This document shows, one piece after another, positions 26,857 to 40,311 of a stretch of 64,000 nt of DNA. The notes below the pieces were generated by a model. The model saw only the letters and a list, made by a program, of their open reading frames with translations. It had not been told where the DNA came from and ran no database searches. The translations under genes were made by a program, and so were the position numbers. The DNA is from Kudoa neothunni (Eukaryota; Animalia; Cnidaria), in contig OZ199838.1 in assembly GCA_964304625.1 (NCBI GenBank), positions 3,712,275-3,776,274 of the forward strand, written 5' to 3'. Within the stretch, counting starts at the first letter, position 1, and every line of letters begins with the position of its first letter.

Positions 26857-29800
26857 TTATTCATCATCTTCCTCATCTTCTGGATCAGAATAATCAGTGG
26901 AATCGTTATTTTCTATCTGTAACTCTTCAGTTTCAGTAGTAGAGATAGTGGGTTTTTCATTACAATATGAAGGGGCAGTATGAACAGACGCTTGAGCCTT
27001 ATAAAGTTGAATTAAAGTAGATGAATCCGAGGCATCTTGAATCTGTTTATCCGGTCTTATTTTAATGAAACGTGGAAATCTGAGAGAAATGCCCTTGCCC
27101 TTTTCAATCTTTACAGTAAAAATATCAAAAAACTTTCATTTTCTTGGAAAAAGTTTAAATTTTACCATATCTCTAGCTGCTTTGTGGACAGTAGATAAAG
27201 ACATATCTGCAGCTTTAATTTCCCATATCTAGATTAATCAATAAGAATAAAATTGAAAACAAGCCAAAACAACTCACCTGAACAGGTTCAAACCAATTAT
27301 CTGCAGCTAGATTCGAATCAAAACTATAGAAATCTGGTGGAGTTTCCACAATGTGTTGCTTGAAAAATTCATAATGTGCTGCAAGAATGGCATCACTTAA
27401 TCCAGTACCAATCTAAATTAGTTGGAAAAGTGACACAATAAGAAAGTGTCTTTATCGTAGAGAAGAGACGTACTCGACATATACTTTGAACTTCTTCAGA
27501 AATAGGATCATAGCAACCCATGAGAAAACCACCATAGCTTCCTTTTCGTTTGCCAGCTCCATGGTAGCCGCCCATAACTACCAAATCGACAGTATCACCA
27601 ACTTTGTCAATATAATCTTTTTTCAACTACATAAATCAGCAGTAGAGATAACAGGAAATGTGCTATTTCAACAACTTTAATCCAATAGGAAGAACGTTTA
27701 TTTATTTGGTAGACAGACGAGAGATCTTTCACCATAAGACCTTCACATTGGTTTTTTACCGCATCATCAATGGCAGCAACGACAGTTTCATCATTGCATT
27801 TATCTATGGGGTAATTTCTAGCGAAAACAAACTTGCTATCAAATTCATTGAAGTTAGCTTTGAGCAATCGAAGTCTCTCTTTGAGTGGCGTATCCAATAG
27901 AGATTTTCCATTCAAAAATAGTAGGTCGAAAGCGACCACACAAACATCCACTTTAATATTTTCAACGGTAACATTCTATTATATAATAAATCGATAAAAA
28001 ATGATTATCCACATATATACTTTGTATTTTCTAGTTAGTAGTACTTGAAATGGTCTAATTACACCTAACTCCTTATCATACGCGACGATTTCAGAGTCAA
28101 TAATAAATGACTTAACATTTTCGCTTGCGAACACCTTATTTTGTTTAAATAAATTAGTGAATTTTTTGTCAAAACGTTCAAATAATAAAAATACATTAGG
28201 TAAGAGTTGTGAGATTTCAGGATAGCGCGGGGTTTGATTTTCTTGATTTCTGCTAAAGCAGCTGAATTGGTTGGTTTCACCGTTATAGTGAATCTAATTG
28301 CATTTTAAATTAGGAACAAGAGGAATCAATAGACAAATACTTGTGCTCGTTCACCGTCATATTTATATTCTAATATAACAGTATCACTAGTAATATTATC
28401 ACCGAATCTGCTGTAAATATCCGTCAGTTGATTGAGTGGAATTGCCAACATAGGTCTGACTGGCATGCCAACGTCAATTTGGCAAGCATTCTGTATCTCT
28501 TCCCATCCTTTGTCAAGAAGAAGAGGAATCAAAACGTCGAAGTTTGGCATTACACTAATCTTAAATAATACTTGAAAACAAAGTAAACCACCAACTACCA
28601 GAACGCATTCCTGATATTTGTAGCGGCTATTTTCATATTCTCAAGAAGGTCGTTGGAAGTTGGTTGTTTACCGCCATCAACTAAATTATTTAATAAAAAA
28701 TTATTTATACCAAACTTTGATATAAAAATTTTCTCTAATTATAATTCAACCATTAATGTAACTATAATTATTTAACTTGCGAAGCAATTACTTTTCAATT
28801 GAACCATTGCATGACCAATGGCATTCAAAATGAGCGGTTCTCGTAATCCAATACGGAGATTTTTCTGCAGAATTCTTATCAAGTATCTGCCTTCGCAAAG
28901 CTGGCAGTTGCTGTAGAGCAGTTGGATTTTGGCGCATTTTTTTTCGTTAGCCTAAATCAAAGAAACGCTAATTTGGCAGAAATACAACTCAAACCAATCC
29001 CAACCTTATCACCACTAATGAGAGCGATTTCTCTCAACATCGTAAACACTTTTCCAACCGTCAGATCTTTAGGTTTGACCAAAGTACGCTGTCTAATTTT
29101 TGATTTCTTAAATGGTAAATTAGAAAAACTACCGAATAAGTTAAAATCAATTACTTCAGCTACAATACCCAAGTCCCCATGCTCAGTCATGTCATGTTTA
29201 ATTTGATCTTTATTACGACCTATATGTAATAATTAGCATTGATAGATTGTCGCAAACACAAAAGTTACCTGTTGTATTCGCTACTGTTTGTATAAGAAGT
29301 GAATCTCCAATACCTAATTTGAGCCCTTGATACGATGGAGCAATCTTTTTAAAAGGATTCATAAATACGGTCATTGTTCCCAATTTACCTACCTCACCCA
29401 TACACAAATAGAGACAGGGAATAAATTCTTGAGGACTCAACAAGATAACTGATTTGAAAAAGTTGGTAGCGATCGTGGTGGATTTCAGACTAAAATTAAA
29501 ATGGCGTCAAAGTCTTATGCAACTATTAAGATGTGGAATATACGTCGAGGATGTTTCTTCAATAGCCTTAAAGGTGAGGCTTAACGCCAAAAATGGTACT
29601 CTACAAAAATTTAACATTAATACAGATAAAAACACATACGGTTGATCAGGAAGCCAACAAGCATCATTGATAGGATCATATTTATCAGAGTCAGGTCGAT
29701 ACTCTTTCACAGGTATAGCATCCGCTTTAGATCTAATTGAATAATGAAAAAAATTGACGAAGCTTAAATAATTGTTCACATGTCGGGACGATCTCTATAT

Positions 29801-30052
29801 GTGGTGAGTTTCGTTATTTTTGAATCTTAATAATATAAAAAACAATAAAAATTGAAAAAACTACCAAATGAATAGTCGGAAGGTTTCACCAGAGAATGTT
29901 CTCTTTTTATAGCGGGAGTTTCTGAGGGTGATGGACACAAATTAACTGACGGTTTTATATCAGGTTTTTTATTCCCACCAAAGAAAGAACTACATTAATA
30001 CAATAAAAAGAACAAATACCTAAGCATACGCTATCGATCTACTCTTGCTCAT
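26857..30052 (-). CDS. LIG1: DNA ligase I (ATP-dependent), multi-exon with many ~40-60 nt introns
   Basis: N-terminal PIP-box-like MSKSRSIA|SFF; [15 protein letters not shown]; KNLRIGL; PVRPMLA; motif [11 protein letters not shown]; FDLLFLNG; CEGLMVK; WIK|LKKDY; [14 protein letters not shown]; [15 protein letters not shown]; acidic tail ending in TAA at 26857-26859. Confidence 0.95.
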
Positions 30053-30742
30053 TTCAAATCTACTCCTTATGGTGACTAAGCGCAACCACCTACCGAGCAT
30101 GCAACCGGTCGGCTGTTGCCTAGTCGTTTAGTACTGGATTAGTGTGCTGTTTAGAGTATTTGTGGGCGCTGGCTTGTGAATTTAATTAAATCTAGGAGTT
30201 GAATAATTGCAAGCGATCGTCGTATTTTTAAATAAAAATTTTCTAAACAATATTTTCTAGATAAATTGTGAAGATGTTATCTTATGTAGATATGTTTCAA
30301 TTATTAAAATATGTTCCAAGTGTAAAAAGTTACAACACTTATTATAGAGAGAATGCGTTTGGGTTGTGAATTAACGTTACGTTACCCAATTCTTATCATT
30401 CATGCTCATGTTTAAGTTTAACTCCGCGCGTTTGTTATCTAATTGAGCCAACTATCACTTTTCCTGATTGCAGATAATATATCATATCATTTTTAAATAA
30501 TTCAATTAAATTATCAATATTGGATGAATAGATTCTCAATGTGAAGTTTTCTCAGTACTTATCTTTGCGCTTGCGCGAAAGCTCATTTTGATTACTTAGT
30601 TATTATCGTTTAACATTTTTTACAATAAAGCCATAATATGTAGTTTTTTTATTTATATTTAAATTATTCTAGAATTCACAATATGAAAGTCAATAAATCC
30701 AAACAGTCAGATTCTATATAACATGGAAGTTGGCTAAAATAA

Positions 30743-30960
30743 GGAAGTGGTTATTGACACGGACAATAATATCCAGGTAGGTATAATTTGGACTGTATTT
30801 AATTATTTTTGGCACATAGGAGCAGTAGCGATGGGTCAAACATAATTAAATACAGCAGATTCTAAAAAATTAACTTAATGATCAACTATAAATAGGAGTT
30901 TTTAGGGATTAGGAACAGAAACTGCTCAAGTGTAGTTACAATTTTATACTTGGCTACCAG
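30743..30960. mobile_element. Truncated copy of the GGAAGTGGCTATTGACACGG MITE family
   Basis: Colinear similarity to 53371-53605 (TIR, ATAATATCCA, CTGTATTTAATTATTTTTG hairpin, GATCAACTATAAATAGGAGT). Confidence 0.75.
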
Positions 30961-33038
30961 GGCTTGGGTTTTTTTTTAATTTTTTACAAAATTTTATTGA
31001 TAAAAGGAAATATTTGGATACTACATAAAAAATCAGCTTTAATCGTTGATTTATTATTAATAATTCCTTTTATTGGTAATGATTATTCCGTTGGGAGATT
31101 TTTTTACGTTAAATATGGTTTGAAATTGATGTAAACTACGTTTATAATTTGAATGAAAAAAAATGCACGCCTAATGTTGTACTTTCTCAGCTTTTTAAAA
31201 AATTAAATTTTCCGGAAAAGTTTTAAATTATTAAATTAAATTTATATAAAATATAAAAATGCTTATATTAGGGAATACCCATTGCTGTAAAATTGAGATT
31301 GTAATTTTAGTTTGAACGGTGAATAAGAAAACACATTAACTATAAATGGAGGAAATTATCGTTGTAAATATCTCTAATAATTAATCTCTATATATTTATG
31401 AATTAAGCATATAGAGAAAGATTTTGTCTTTCAATTTTTTGATTATATCCATGTTTTTATTGAAAATGAACTAACCTAACTGATAATTTGCAATAACAAA
31501 CAAATCGTAAATGTTTAAAGTCAATTTTTTAATATATGAGATATTAAAATGTCATCCGCATTGTTAATATTATCCATTTGTATTAGTTACATCGAATATA
31601 ATAAGAATATTTTTTAATCTAATCAGCAATTAAAACTCGGCTATAATGTAGAAATTTATTCTGTATTTTTATTATTATCTTTTGTATGTAATAAAATAGA
31701 GTTAATTCAACCCTAAAACAATCTAATAATAAAAGTGTACATTTATGTGTTATCCTTATAATTTTAACTCAACGAATCTACTCAGATTAAAATAACAACA
31801 TGTAATCCTGTAAGGAAACCAAAGTACTAATAAATTTGTACATGTGGATAAGTTCATAGTTATAAAAATATTTCTGTTTTTCTCTATTGACTATTAGTTC
31901 AATTTTTGTTATTTAATAAATTAATCTAGAATAATTTTTATTAATATAAAAATAGAAAAACGTTGACATCAACGTTTAATTTAATTCAACTCATTTAACA
32001 TAAAAATCACAAAATAATGATTATACACTTTGATTTGGAGATATTGTTAAATTTAATGATGACTAAAATTAGTACGCAATATCCATCAAAAAACTCCATA
32101 TGGGATTGAATTTAAGTGTGAAATATCCATTTTCTAGCATTTATAAAAAAACAATTTTTAAATAAATAATTCTAAGTGTTTCCCTAATAGCTAATAAGAC
32201 TTATAAGATAGAACTGCACTTTAGAAAACTATAAAATAATGACATACAACGATAAGTGCGCAATATCCACCTACGCAATAACCGTTTTTTACTGTAACTC
32301 GATAATAACCTACGATGATTAGTTTTTATTGCCCAAATTAATACATTTATCCGATACATTTTTATACTCTCTTTCCTCGAAACCTTTGGTACGCTTCTTA
32401 ATATGAACAAAAATATTTAAATAATTAGATATAGTAAGTTTTCAATCTATACATTAAATCTTATCGCTCAACATTAAGTTTAACGCTCGCTATAACGAAA
32501 CTTGAGGACCTAGTTTCAGTATGTAGGGATTCAATCCATGTGATTACAACATACGCTTCCAATTCTTCATTAATTTAGCAAATTTTTCATATTTTAGCTA
32601 GTTTAAATGCAATCTATAGAACTTTTAAAGTGTACTTATCAAGTCAAATTGATTAAAAGTTCCCAAAATAAGGAATGTATTTAAGGACACATCTACTTAA
32701 AACGCACAGGTAGATCAGCGATATAAGATGTATCTTGAAATCGTGGATTTAAACCTTAAGTTTGAACTACTAAAATGTTCAAAATAACTTTCAGAAGTTC
32801 ATTATAAATAAATGCCGCCATGAATAAACAAATATAATCCTATTATCGACACCACGTATTCCGCCTAACAACCCTAACATCGAGGACAACACAATTTCTT
32901 ACTTTAATTTTGAACTTTAGTCAGTGTAATAACAAATGAGAGAATTTTTAAATTACCGCAAACTATTAAAAGTTACATAAATAACTATCTATAAGGAAAA
33001 AAATTTTCCAGCACATGCGTAATTAGGAGCACACACAC

Positions 33039-36000
33039 CAGGTGGCACAATGTTCGATGTCGGATAAGCATTATTAATATGTACGAGCGGATGTTAGGAC
33101 ACACGGTATTAATGCCAATCCGGTAATTGGGAATGTGCAGCTCTCAATTTGCACCCTCTTGCGCATGTCCGACAATCCCGATTTTATTTTAAATCGATTA
33201 TTCACTATTTAAACTTTTGGCCGAACAATAATTAACTCAATAATGCACTTCCAAAAATTTTGCTAAAATTCACGTTCGGCTTCAATCGGTGCGTGTGTAT
33301 GTGAATGCGCAAGGTAGTTCTGTTCTATTCTCCATATGAATTTAACATATTAACCATTATTAAGCGTGGACTTGCCTCGTTTAAAATTTAAAATGAATAG
33401 TTGGAATGTTGCGGAAAGTAAAAATAATTGTTCATAATTGCACGAAATAACTAAAATGTATTAATTTCGTCTGCCAAAGTTTTCTAACTTTCTGTTTTTT
33501 AAAGTCGTTTATTATAAATTTTTTTAGTTTATATATTATTTTTAATATTCAAAACCAATTTTTAAATACGCTAATCCACGAATATATCACGTGTATTATT
33601 AATATTCTCTCAAAAACATATTAACTAAGAATTAATTCAAATCAACTTATAATATTGTAGATAAAATCTACAGGTTTGCTGTTTTGTACGGTTTTTTTAA
33701 ATTTTTGATAAAGTGGTTGGGAACCTGTAAGATGATTTTAAAAAAACTCTTTTGCAATATTTTATTCGATACAATTTATTATTGAGATATTTTTCATAAA
33801 TAAGTCATACATGGTAGAAATGTATGTTTTTTATTTTATCATTTGAATTCTATATGGAAGTTAAATTTTATGATTTCATTTATCGTTTTCAATCTTCTAC
33901 ATTAAAAACATTACTTGAGATAAATTAAAAATTGTACTTCGTATATTATTACATTCTTATGAGGTTAAAAAGCAAATATTACAATAATCAATGATTCCGT
34001 TTAAAAATATTTCAATAATATAGAGGAGATTAAAAAACTCAATTTAAATATTATATTTATTTTCAATTTAACATTGCGCATAGAATAAGAAAAAAACTTA
34101 AAAGAACCAAAAAATGAAATTATTATTCAATTAATTCTAAGAGATAGGGTAGGGTGTATTTATCGAATTTAAAATAAAATCGAAAAATCCCCATTTATTG
34201 CTGAACTTCGATCACATCCATTCTTCGTGAAGATATGAATCAAGGTATGCTCTGGGGACACCACTCATCCGTCGTAATAATTTGGTCTTAAGATGATGCC
34301 ACACAACTTCCATTGTATTTGTGTGGTAGCCTTCTCTTGTGACATATTCCTTGGAATGATTAACACTTACATGGGTAAATCCGTACATACCAAGGGTTTG
34401 ATATGTTTTCCATCCATCAATAGAGATTGTGGAACCAGGCTCAACTTCTTGACGTATTAATGGTATCAATGTACTCGCATCCCTTCTTTGATCAATAAAA
34501 AATCTGGATTCTAATAGACTTCTTTTGCCTTCATTATCGACGGAGCATTCGCATATCGCGACCACTCAAAGCCCTTCGATACGATTACCATAACGCTCAA
34601 CAGTGTAGTTTTCACTGTTTTCGATTTAGTCATTTTCCAATTCAGATGGAATATAGGTTTCATTAGGTGCGCTTCTCCATCAATCATATGCCAAATATTG
34701 TCCACGATTATTTTTTCGCTTCCCCCCTTAGGAGACATTCATCAATTTCGATAACTTTTTTAGGGCCACCAAATTTTGAACGCAAATAAAACGATTCAGT
34801 TGAAATCATCCGAAATTTGGAAAACCAATAAATAACCGTTTTTCCAGATAATTGTGCCAAGCTAATTGTTCTGCATCGCTGTTCTTCAAAACTCCATAAA
34901 TATACCATCCCAAATATTTCCTGAATTGTTAAATTTGAACAATTATTCCCAAGTACGTTAGTTATTGAAAAGAACGTTGATGTCTGAGGTGAACAATGAG
35001 TTTTGCATTTTCTACGGTAGAAAAATAAAATATATTTTACTAACAACGCTATTTGGAACATGTATATGAAAATCTTTCAACTAAATAATTGTTCTGTTCA
35101 CTCAAAGCATTATTACTTAATTTTCTTTTAATAACTTTCAGTTTAAAACTATTATGTCTTCCGCAATTTCCACATCTTGTAGGAATTCGGATAAGGTTTT
35201 TGTCAATTGACAGATTTGTTAGTTTCTCGTTGCTGAGTAAAATGCTGTAAAATTGGCGCTGACTACTAATAAACACCATAACGAAGATTCAATAAATGTC
35301 GTGTTATCTACAATGAAAACTACTTCGAAAATGTAAAAATGTGTTATTTATATTTGGATACAAATAAAAAATACATTAATTATTAGGGGTTCATAAAATA
35401 AATTATACATATATTTGAATTTATTTTAGATAAAAACCAAAATTTAAGAGAGAAATCTATTCAATGTTTCTTCTAAGTGCGTTCTCAAGAAGTTGGCATA
35501 GTCAAAGTGATACAGTTAACGCGGAAATGTTTTCCATTAGAGTCGACAGTCGACAGAAAGATGAACACTTTCTTGAAATAATGGTGGTAAAAACATCTTG
35601 GAGATTTAAAACAACGCAAAACCACGCTTAATCACTGCTAGTATGTTAAATTCATACGGAAAATGGAACAAAATTATCTTGCGCATTCAAACTAACACGC
35701 GCCGATTGAAGCCGAACGTGAATTTTGGCAAAATTTTTAGAAGTGAATTATGGGGCTAATTGTTGTTCAATCAAAAGTTTAAAATAGTGAATAATTGATT
35801 AAAATAAAATCGGGATTGTCGAACATGCTCAAGATGATGAAAATGGGAGCTGCATACTTCCCCATTACCGCTAACCTTAAGTGTTCCGATCATTTAGATT
35901 AAAATTCAAAATAATGCAATTTAAAAATTTGCAGAAGTTTCTTTCTGAAAAGAATATTGGGTTAGTTGAGAACACAAATGCTGCCGATCTCCGTCTCTGG

Positions 36001-37046
36001 TAAATCATCTCACTTATTAAATAGAACGACTACATTTACAAATCTCACACTATATTTAAATATGCTATCAAACTTTCGCCCATAAACTCTGAAGAATTCT
36101 TAATTGGTACAGACAATTTAAAATTTCATAAATGCCCAATCTTAAACAGACAGATGAGTGTTGAACAGGTTACAAAGCCTAACATTAAACATATCACTAA
36201 TTATAAGAATCAGTTGAAGGTGACGGCTGCAGATCAGCTTGAAATAAAAGAAATATTTTATCTGGGAGGGAAAGGATGGCTATGCTAAGGTATATTGAAA
36301 TAATTTATTTGGCACATTCTTGAACGAGCGAAGTAAATGAGTTTTCATTAAAATTTTTAGGGGTTTATAGCGCAAATTCGGTTCTAAATTAACAACGGCA
36401 CATGTGATTACACCTGTCTTTCATACCAGTGATAAAAAGTTTGAAAGTTACAGTGGATTACACATAACAATGAAGTTAAAAATGCAGTTATAGATATATT
36501 TACGCAATTTTGGATTTTTTCGAAATTAACCATTTAAATGTGCAAGTTAATAATGCCCTCGCTGATTCCATTATAAGTTAGTCTAACCTTTGTCAACAAA
36601 GAGGACTCACGGTTGCCACTGATATTTTTTGTTATTGTTGAACAGCACACGTATAGGGAAGAAACACGAAATTATTTAAACGAATCTGTTTCGAAAATAT
36701 ATATGTATATATATGATCCTCTAATTTATTGTGATTATTCTGGCTATTCTAACCTCAAACATCTTGCGAGTTCAATTTATTCTATCCCAGTGAGTTCTGC
36801 GGAATTTAAAAGACATACCTCAAGGCCGAATTAACGTTGCAAAAGATCCGTAATCGCTTAAGGTCATGTTATTTTGGGAGATTAGTTTTTATCAGAGATT
36901 ATAACTCCTCTAGATCATTAGAATAGTTGTTGAATCAAATTAAATATTCGGAGGTTTTTTAAGGACTATGCATATGCTCAGCTGTTTCTATATGGATTAT
37001 GTAGGTTCGGACGCGGACAAATTTTATTGAAACTTGTGCCACCCTG
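33039..37046 (+). mobile_element. Degraded hAT element containing a nested Merlin
   Basis: TIRs CAGGTGGCACAA / TTGTGCCACCCTG; 8-bp TSD ACACACAC/GCACACAC. hAT dimerisation-domain remnant YSNLKHLASSIYSIPVSSAEF..RNRL at ~36745-36860. Confidence 0.75.
33122..35869 (-). mobile_element. Merlin (ISXO2-like) element with long (~270 bp) TIRs; transposase pseudogene 34212-35279
   Basis: Inverted arms ~33122-33390 / ~35600-35869 starting GGTAAT; degenerate 8-bp TSD GCCAATCC/GCTAACCT. Motifs CGNCG, FGGPKKVIEIDEC, SIDGWKTY, VNHSKEYV...HTNTMEVVW. Confidence 0.88.
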
Positions 37047-37081
37047 GCACACACGGACACTTCAGCTTTATATATAGTAGA
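37047..37081 (-). mobile_element. Possible 5' end of a microsatellite-bearing non-autonomous Helitron-like element (host of the hAT insertion)
   Basis: Minus strand reads A|TCTACTATATATAAAGCTGAAGTGTCCGTGTGTGC, the TC-start + TA-rich + (GT)n layout of such elements. The (CA)n tract continues left of the hAT. The 3' CTAG end was not identified. Confidence 0.35.
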
Positions 37082-37236
37082 TAATGATATGTCAATACTG
37101 TTTTGTAATATTTTGGGAAACTACTTTTCGCACAATAAAGATATTCACATTAACACTTATTAGAGCTTAAAAAATAGAATTTTTCCTTATTAGCTAATTA
37201 AAAAACAACTCTCTGTACATTATTATTTCTAAAATA

Positions 37237-38597
37237 TAGGGTTTTCTGAGCTTTAGTGACACGGTATTTAAGATAGCTATATAATTAGGTAAAAAAATAC
37301 GAAAATATTACTTTAAATTTCGAATGAACAACAAATAATAATTTTGGGAATTTGAAAAAGATATCCAAACACTATCGTATAATTTATACTTATTCTAAAA
37401 TAATTTCTCGGTTCAAACATCTGCTGATATATCGAAGCATTTTTCGATAATAATTTGAGCAGTCGTTGGTGGAAATAACTTTGAAACCATCATCTATTAA
37501 ATTTAAAAGGTCGCTTTCATTTCTCGCATGTCCTCTCACAACATGGTTTTTCCATTTGCTGAAAACATTTTCAATTAGATTCATGAAGGGTGAATACGGA
37601 GGTAGATACATCAACGTTAGTTGTAACGTTGCTAAAATTTCGCTAAGTCCCCGATAATGATGTATCCTTGCATTATCGAGTATGAAGCATGGATCTTCAA
37701 TTTCAAAGAACGGCACAAATCTGCCAACTCAATGAGGAACTCTTTAAAATCTTCGCCATTTACTGGTCTTCGATTTATTTTATATAGCACCATGCCATAC
37801 TTATTCATCGCTGCGATGACGGATATGTTCCTTGACTTGACGGCTTTCACGTTTACATATGCTGATGTACCAGCAAGCGAACGACCCTGTCTTGTACGTG
37901 ACGATACATTAAAACCAACTTCGTCAATAAAAACAAAGTTGCTGCCTTCTGCCTCAAGCAATTTTGAATTGAACTCTTGGGCGTACACAAAACGTTTTTC
38001 CACTGTATCGTCAGAGTTTCTTCGTTCAGGAACAATGGTGAGCATTTTTAAAGAATAATGGAATTCTTTAAGGCATCTATTTATTGTGCTAACGCTAACA
38101 CTCACGCCACATTCGTCTAATAATTTTTGACGAAGAGTCTTAAGGGTAATGGTGGCGTCCTCATCCACCCAACTTCTAATACGCAACTTTTGATCTTCAT
38201 TGAGTTTTGAAGAAAAGTCACCACCCCTTTTTAATGACTTTTCTTTCCCATCAAGAAGATACGATTTTACAATTGAAGCAACAGTTTGTCGCTTAATTCC
38301 AACATTTTCAGCGATGACGGCGTTGCTGTAACCCAATTCGCACTGATTAGCAATCATTTTCCTATCTCGGTCACTTATTGTTTTTGTCTCTTAAATTTGG
38401 TTCGAGTTGTCATTTGAGAATCGTCGCTATTATCTGTTTTTAAAGTTCATAAATATTAAACTAACGTGTAGTGTTAAATTTATACCACTCATATTATTTT
38501 TATTCGATTAATTTACAATGTGAACGTAATTATAAGCTTAAATTACGCACGTGTCACTAAAGCTTGACATGATGTCACTAAAGCTCGAAAAACCCTA
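37237..38597 (-). mobile_element. IS630/Tc1-like DD34E transposon, near-intact (frameshifted)
   Basis: 25-bp TIRs TAGGGTTTT(CT/TC)GAGCTTTAGTGACA with TA TSD. ORFs 37632-38357 and 37390-37716 give an HTH plus FIDEVGF, ILDNARIHH and LPPYSPFMNLIE (34 aa between the second D and E). Confidence 0.92.
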
Positions 38598-39036
38598 TAT
38601 ATTAATACACATGAGGCTATAACTAAACTTATTAAATAAATATTAATTATCTATTCCTATTATCTCTCATTACTTTAGAATGTTTCAGAGTAGAATCTTG
38701 CTTTCCGTTCATCGTTTATAGCGAATAAATTAATAAATACCAAAAAAATGTATTAAAATAGCGGAATGTTAAAGAAAAAATTGATAATGTAAATATATAA
38801 ACTTAAAGTAACTATAAACTAAATGACAAAAAATAACTTATTTCTCTGAAGTTCTCCCAAAAATATGACTGGAAAATTCTAACCCACTTCTATTTAACCA
38901 ACATAATAAAATTATGGGTGAAATATCTTTAAAACTAATGTAATTATTTTAAATAATAAATTACAAACGCAGTACCTGAAGTATTATTTTTTCGCACGAC
39001 GCTTGAAACAATTTAAAAGAAAACCATTTAAATATA

Positions 39037-39822
39037 TCTATACTAAATAATGATGGATGCATATCTTCATTGCATGAGAAAAGGACAACATTGAAACATA
39101 TAAGCGTTATATATACGTACATAAGATAGTTTTTAACACGGATAAAATTAAAAGTACCGTAAAGTTGCTATAAAAAACGTTTCACCATAGATTTATACTT
39201 ATTGGGACATCACATAAATTGGTTGGAACACAAAAATTAAAATTACATACGCTATTCACCTCCATATTCGGAAAAAAATCAAGTTAACAGATAATTTGAA
39301 CATTAAAGTTAAATTGTTATAAATCATTTCAATTGAAAAGATGCATCAAAACTATTGCAGTAATTTTTAAAATATAATTGTTTAGTTGATAATTTTATCA
39401 GGATGTTAACAGATAATAGTTAGAGCATGATAAACGTTGATTGTTTAAAAAATGGGCGGCGTCGTATCCGAATACATTTTAGTGATTAAACGACAAATAA
39501 TACATTTTAATTTCTCCAGTAAAGCTTTGCTATTACATCAAAGCCTTTTTAAATGTTATTTATAATTGTTAAACTAAATAATTTATTGGGTGTTAAAATA
39601 AAAAAACTCTATAATCAATGAAGAAAATTATATTCCATTAATTCCAATAGACGCTGTAAATAGTTGGAAATTAAAAGTAATATATTTTGAAAATATTCCG
39701 TTAAAAATAAAGTCTTCAAATAGTAAGAAACACAATAAAATTAATTATGCTTATCAGAGTGGAATAAATCCTATACAGAAATATTCACATACCTGGTTCA
39801 ACCTTCAGCCAACCAAAGCTAG
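39037..39822 (+). mobile_element. Possible non-autonomous Helitron relic
   Basis: A|TCTATACTAAATAA at the 5' end; weak hairpin (TGGTT...AACCA) then CTAG|T at the 3' end; no TIR or TSD. Confidence 0.3.
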
Positions 39823-40311
39823 TAAATATCACCTTGGAGAATTGTAGAGCTTACATCGGTTTTCAATTAATCAATGCAATTCATGAAAAAAATCATTTTA
39901 ATTTGAGATTTAATTTGTTTATAACATATGGTCATCTATCAAACATTACATAATCCTAGTTTAGCGGAAATTAAGTCAACCCCATCAATTTTTTAAATAA
40001 ACAATCCGTTCATAGGGGATTGGTATATTATTTGTTGAACTAAAAATTTCCCCTGCAACTACACACTCAAGTACACTTGTATCGAGATACACCAACTACT
40101 TCTATCGGTAACATTTAATTTGTTAATGATATTACAAAAGAATAGTTAAAATAACCGATGTGAGCCTACAACACAAATAAAAAATCTCAGATTAGATAAG
40201 CCCATTCAACAGGTGCCAAATAAAAAACTGTCGGTCGGTCGGTTATTTCGATCAATCGGTGACGTGTGGTCTATTGTGATAGTGAGACAGCCGACGAATG
40301 TAACCGAGAAA

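Noticed and set aside
30055-30220. GC-rich patch as a possible ncRNA (similar patches at ~8415-8510 and ~40225-40310)
   Set aside because: Each lies directly upstream of a gene start and is more simply 5'UTR or promoter; no convincing fold.
37690-37720. Programmed -1 frameshift as in bacterial IS630
   Set aside because: The shift lies inside the DDE domain with no X XXY YYZ slippery heptamer; a 1-nt deletion in an A-run explains it.
37466-38058. Antisense ORFs in the six-frame track (also 40419-40769, 3192-3566, 27486-27900 and others)
   Set aside because: Shadows of real coding or transposase frames on the other strand, with no motifs of their own.
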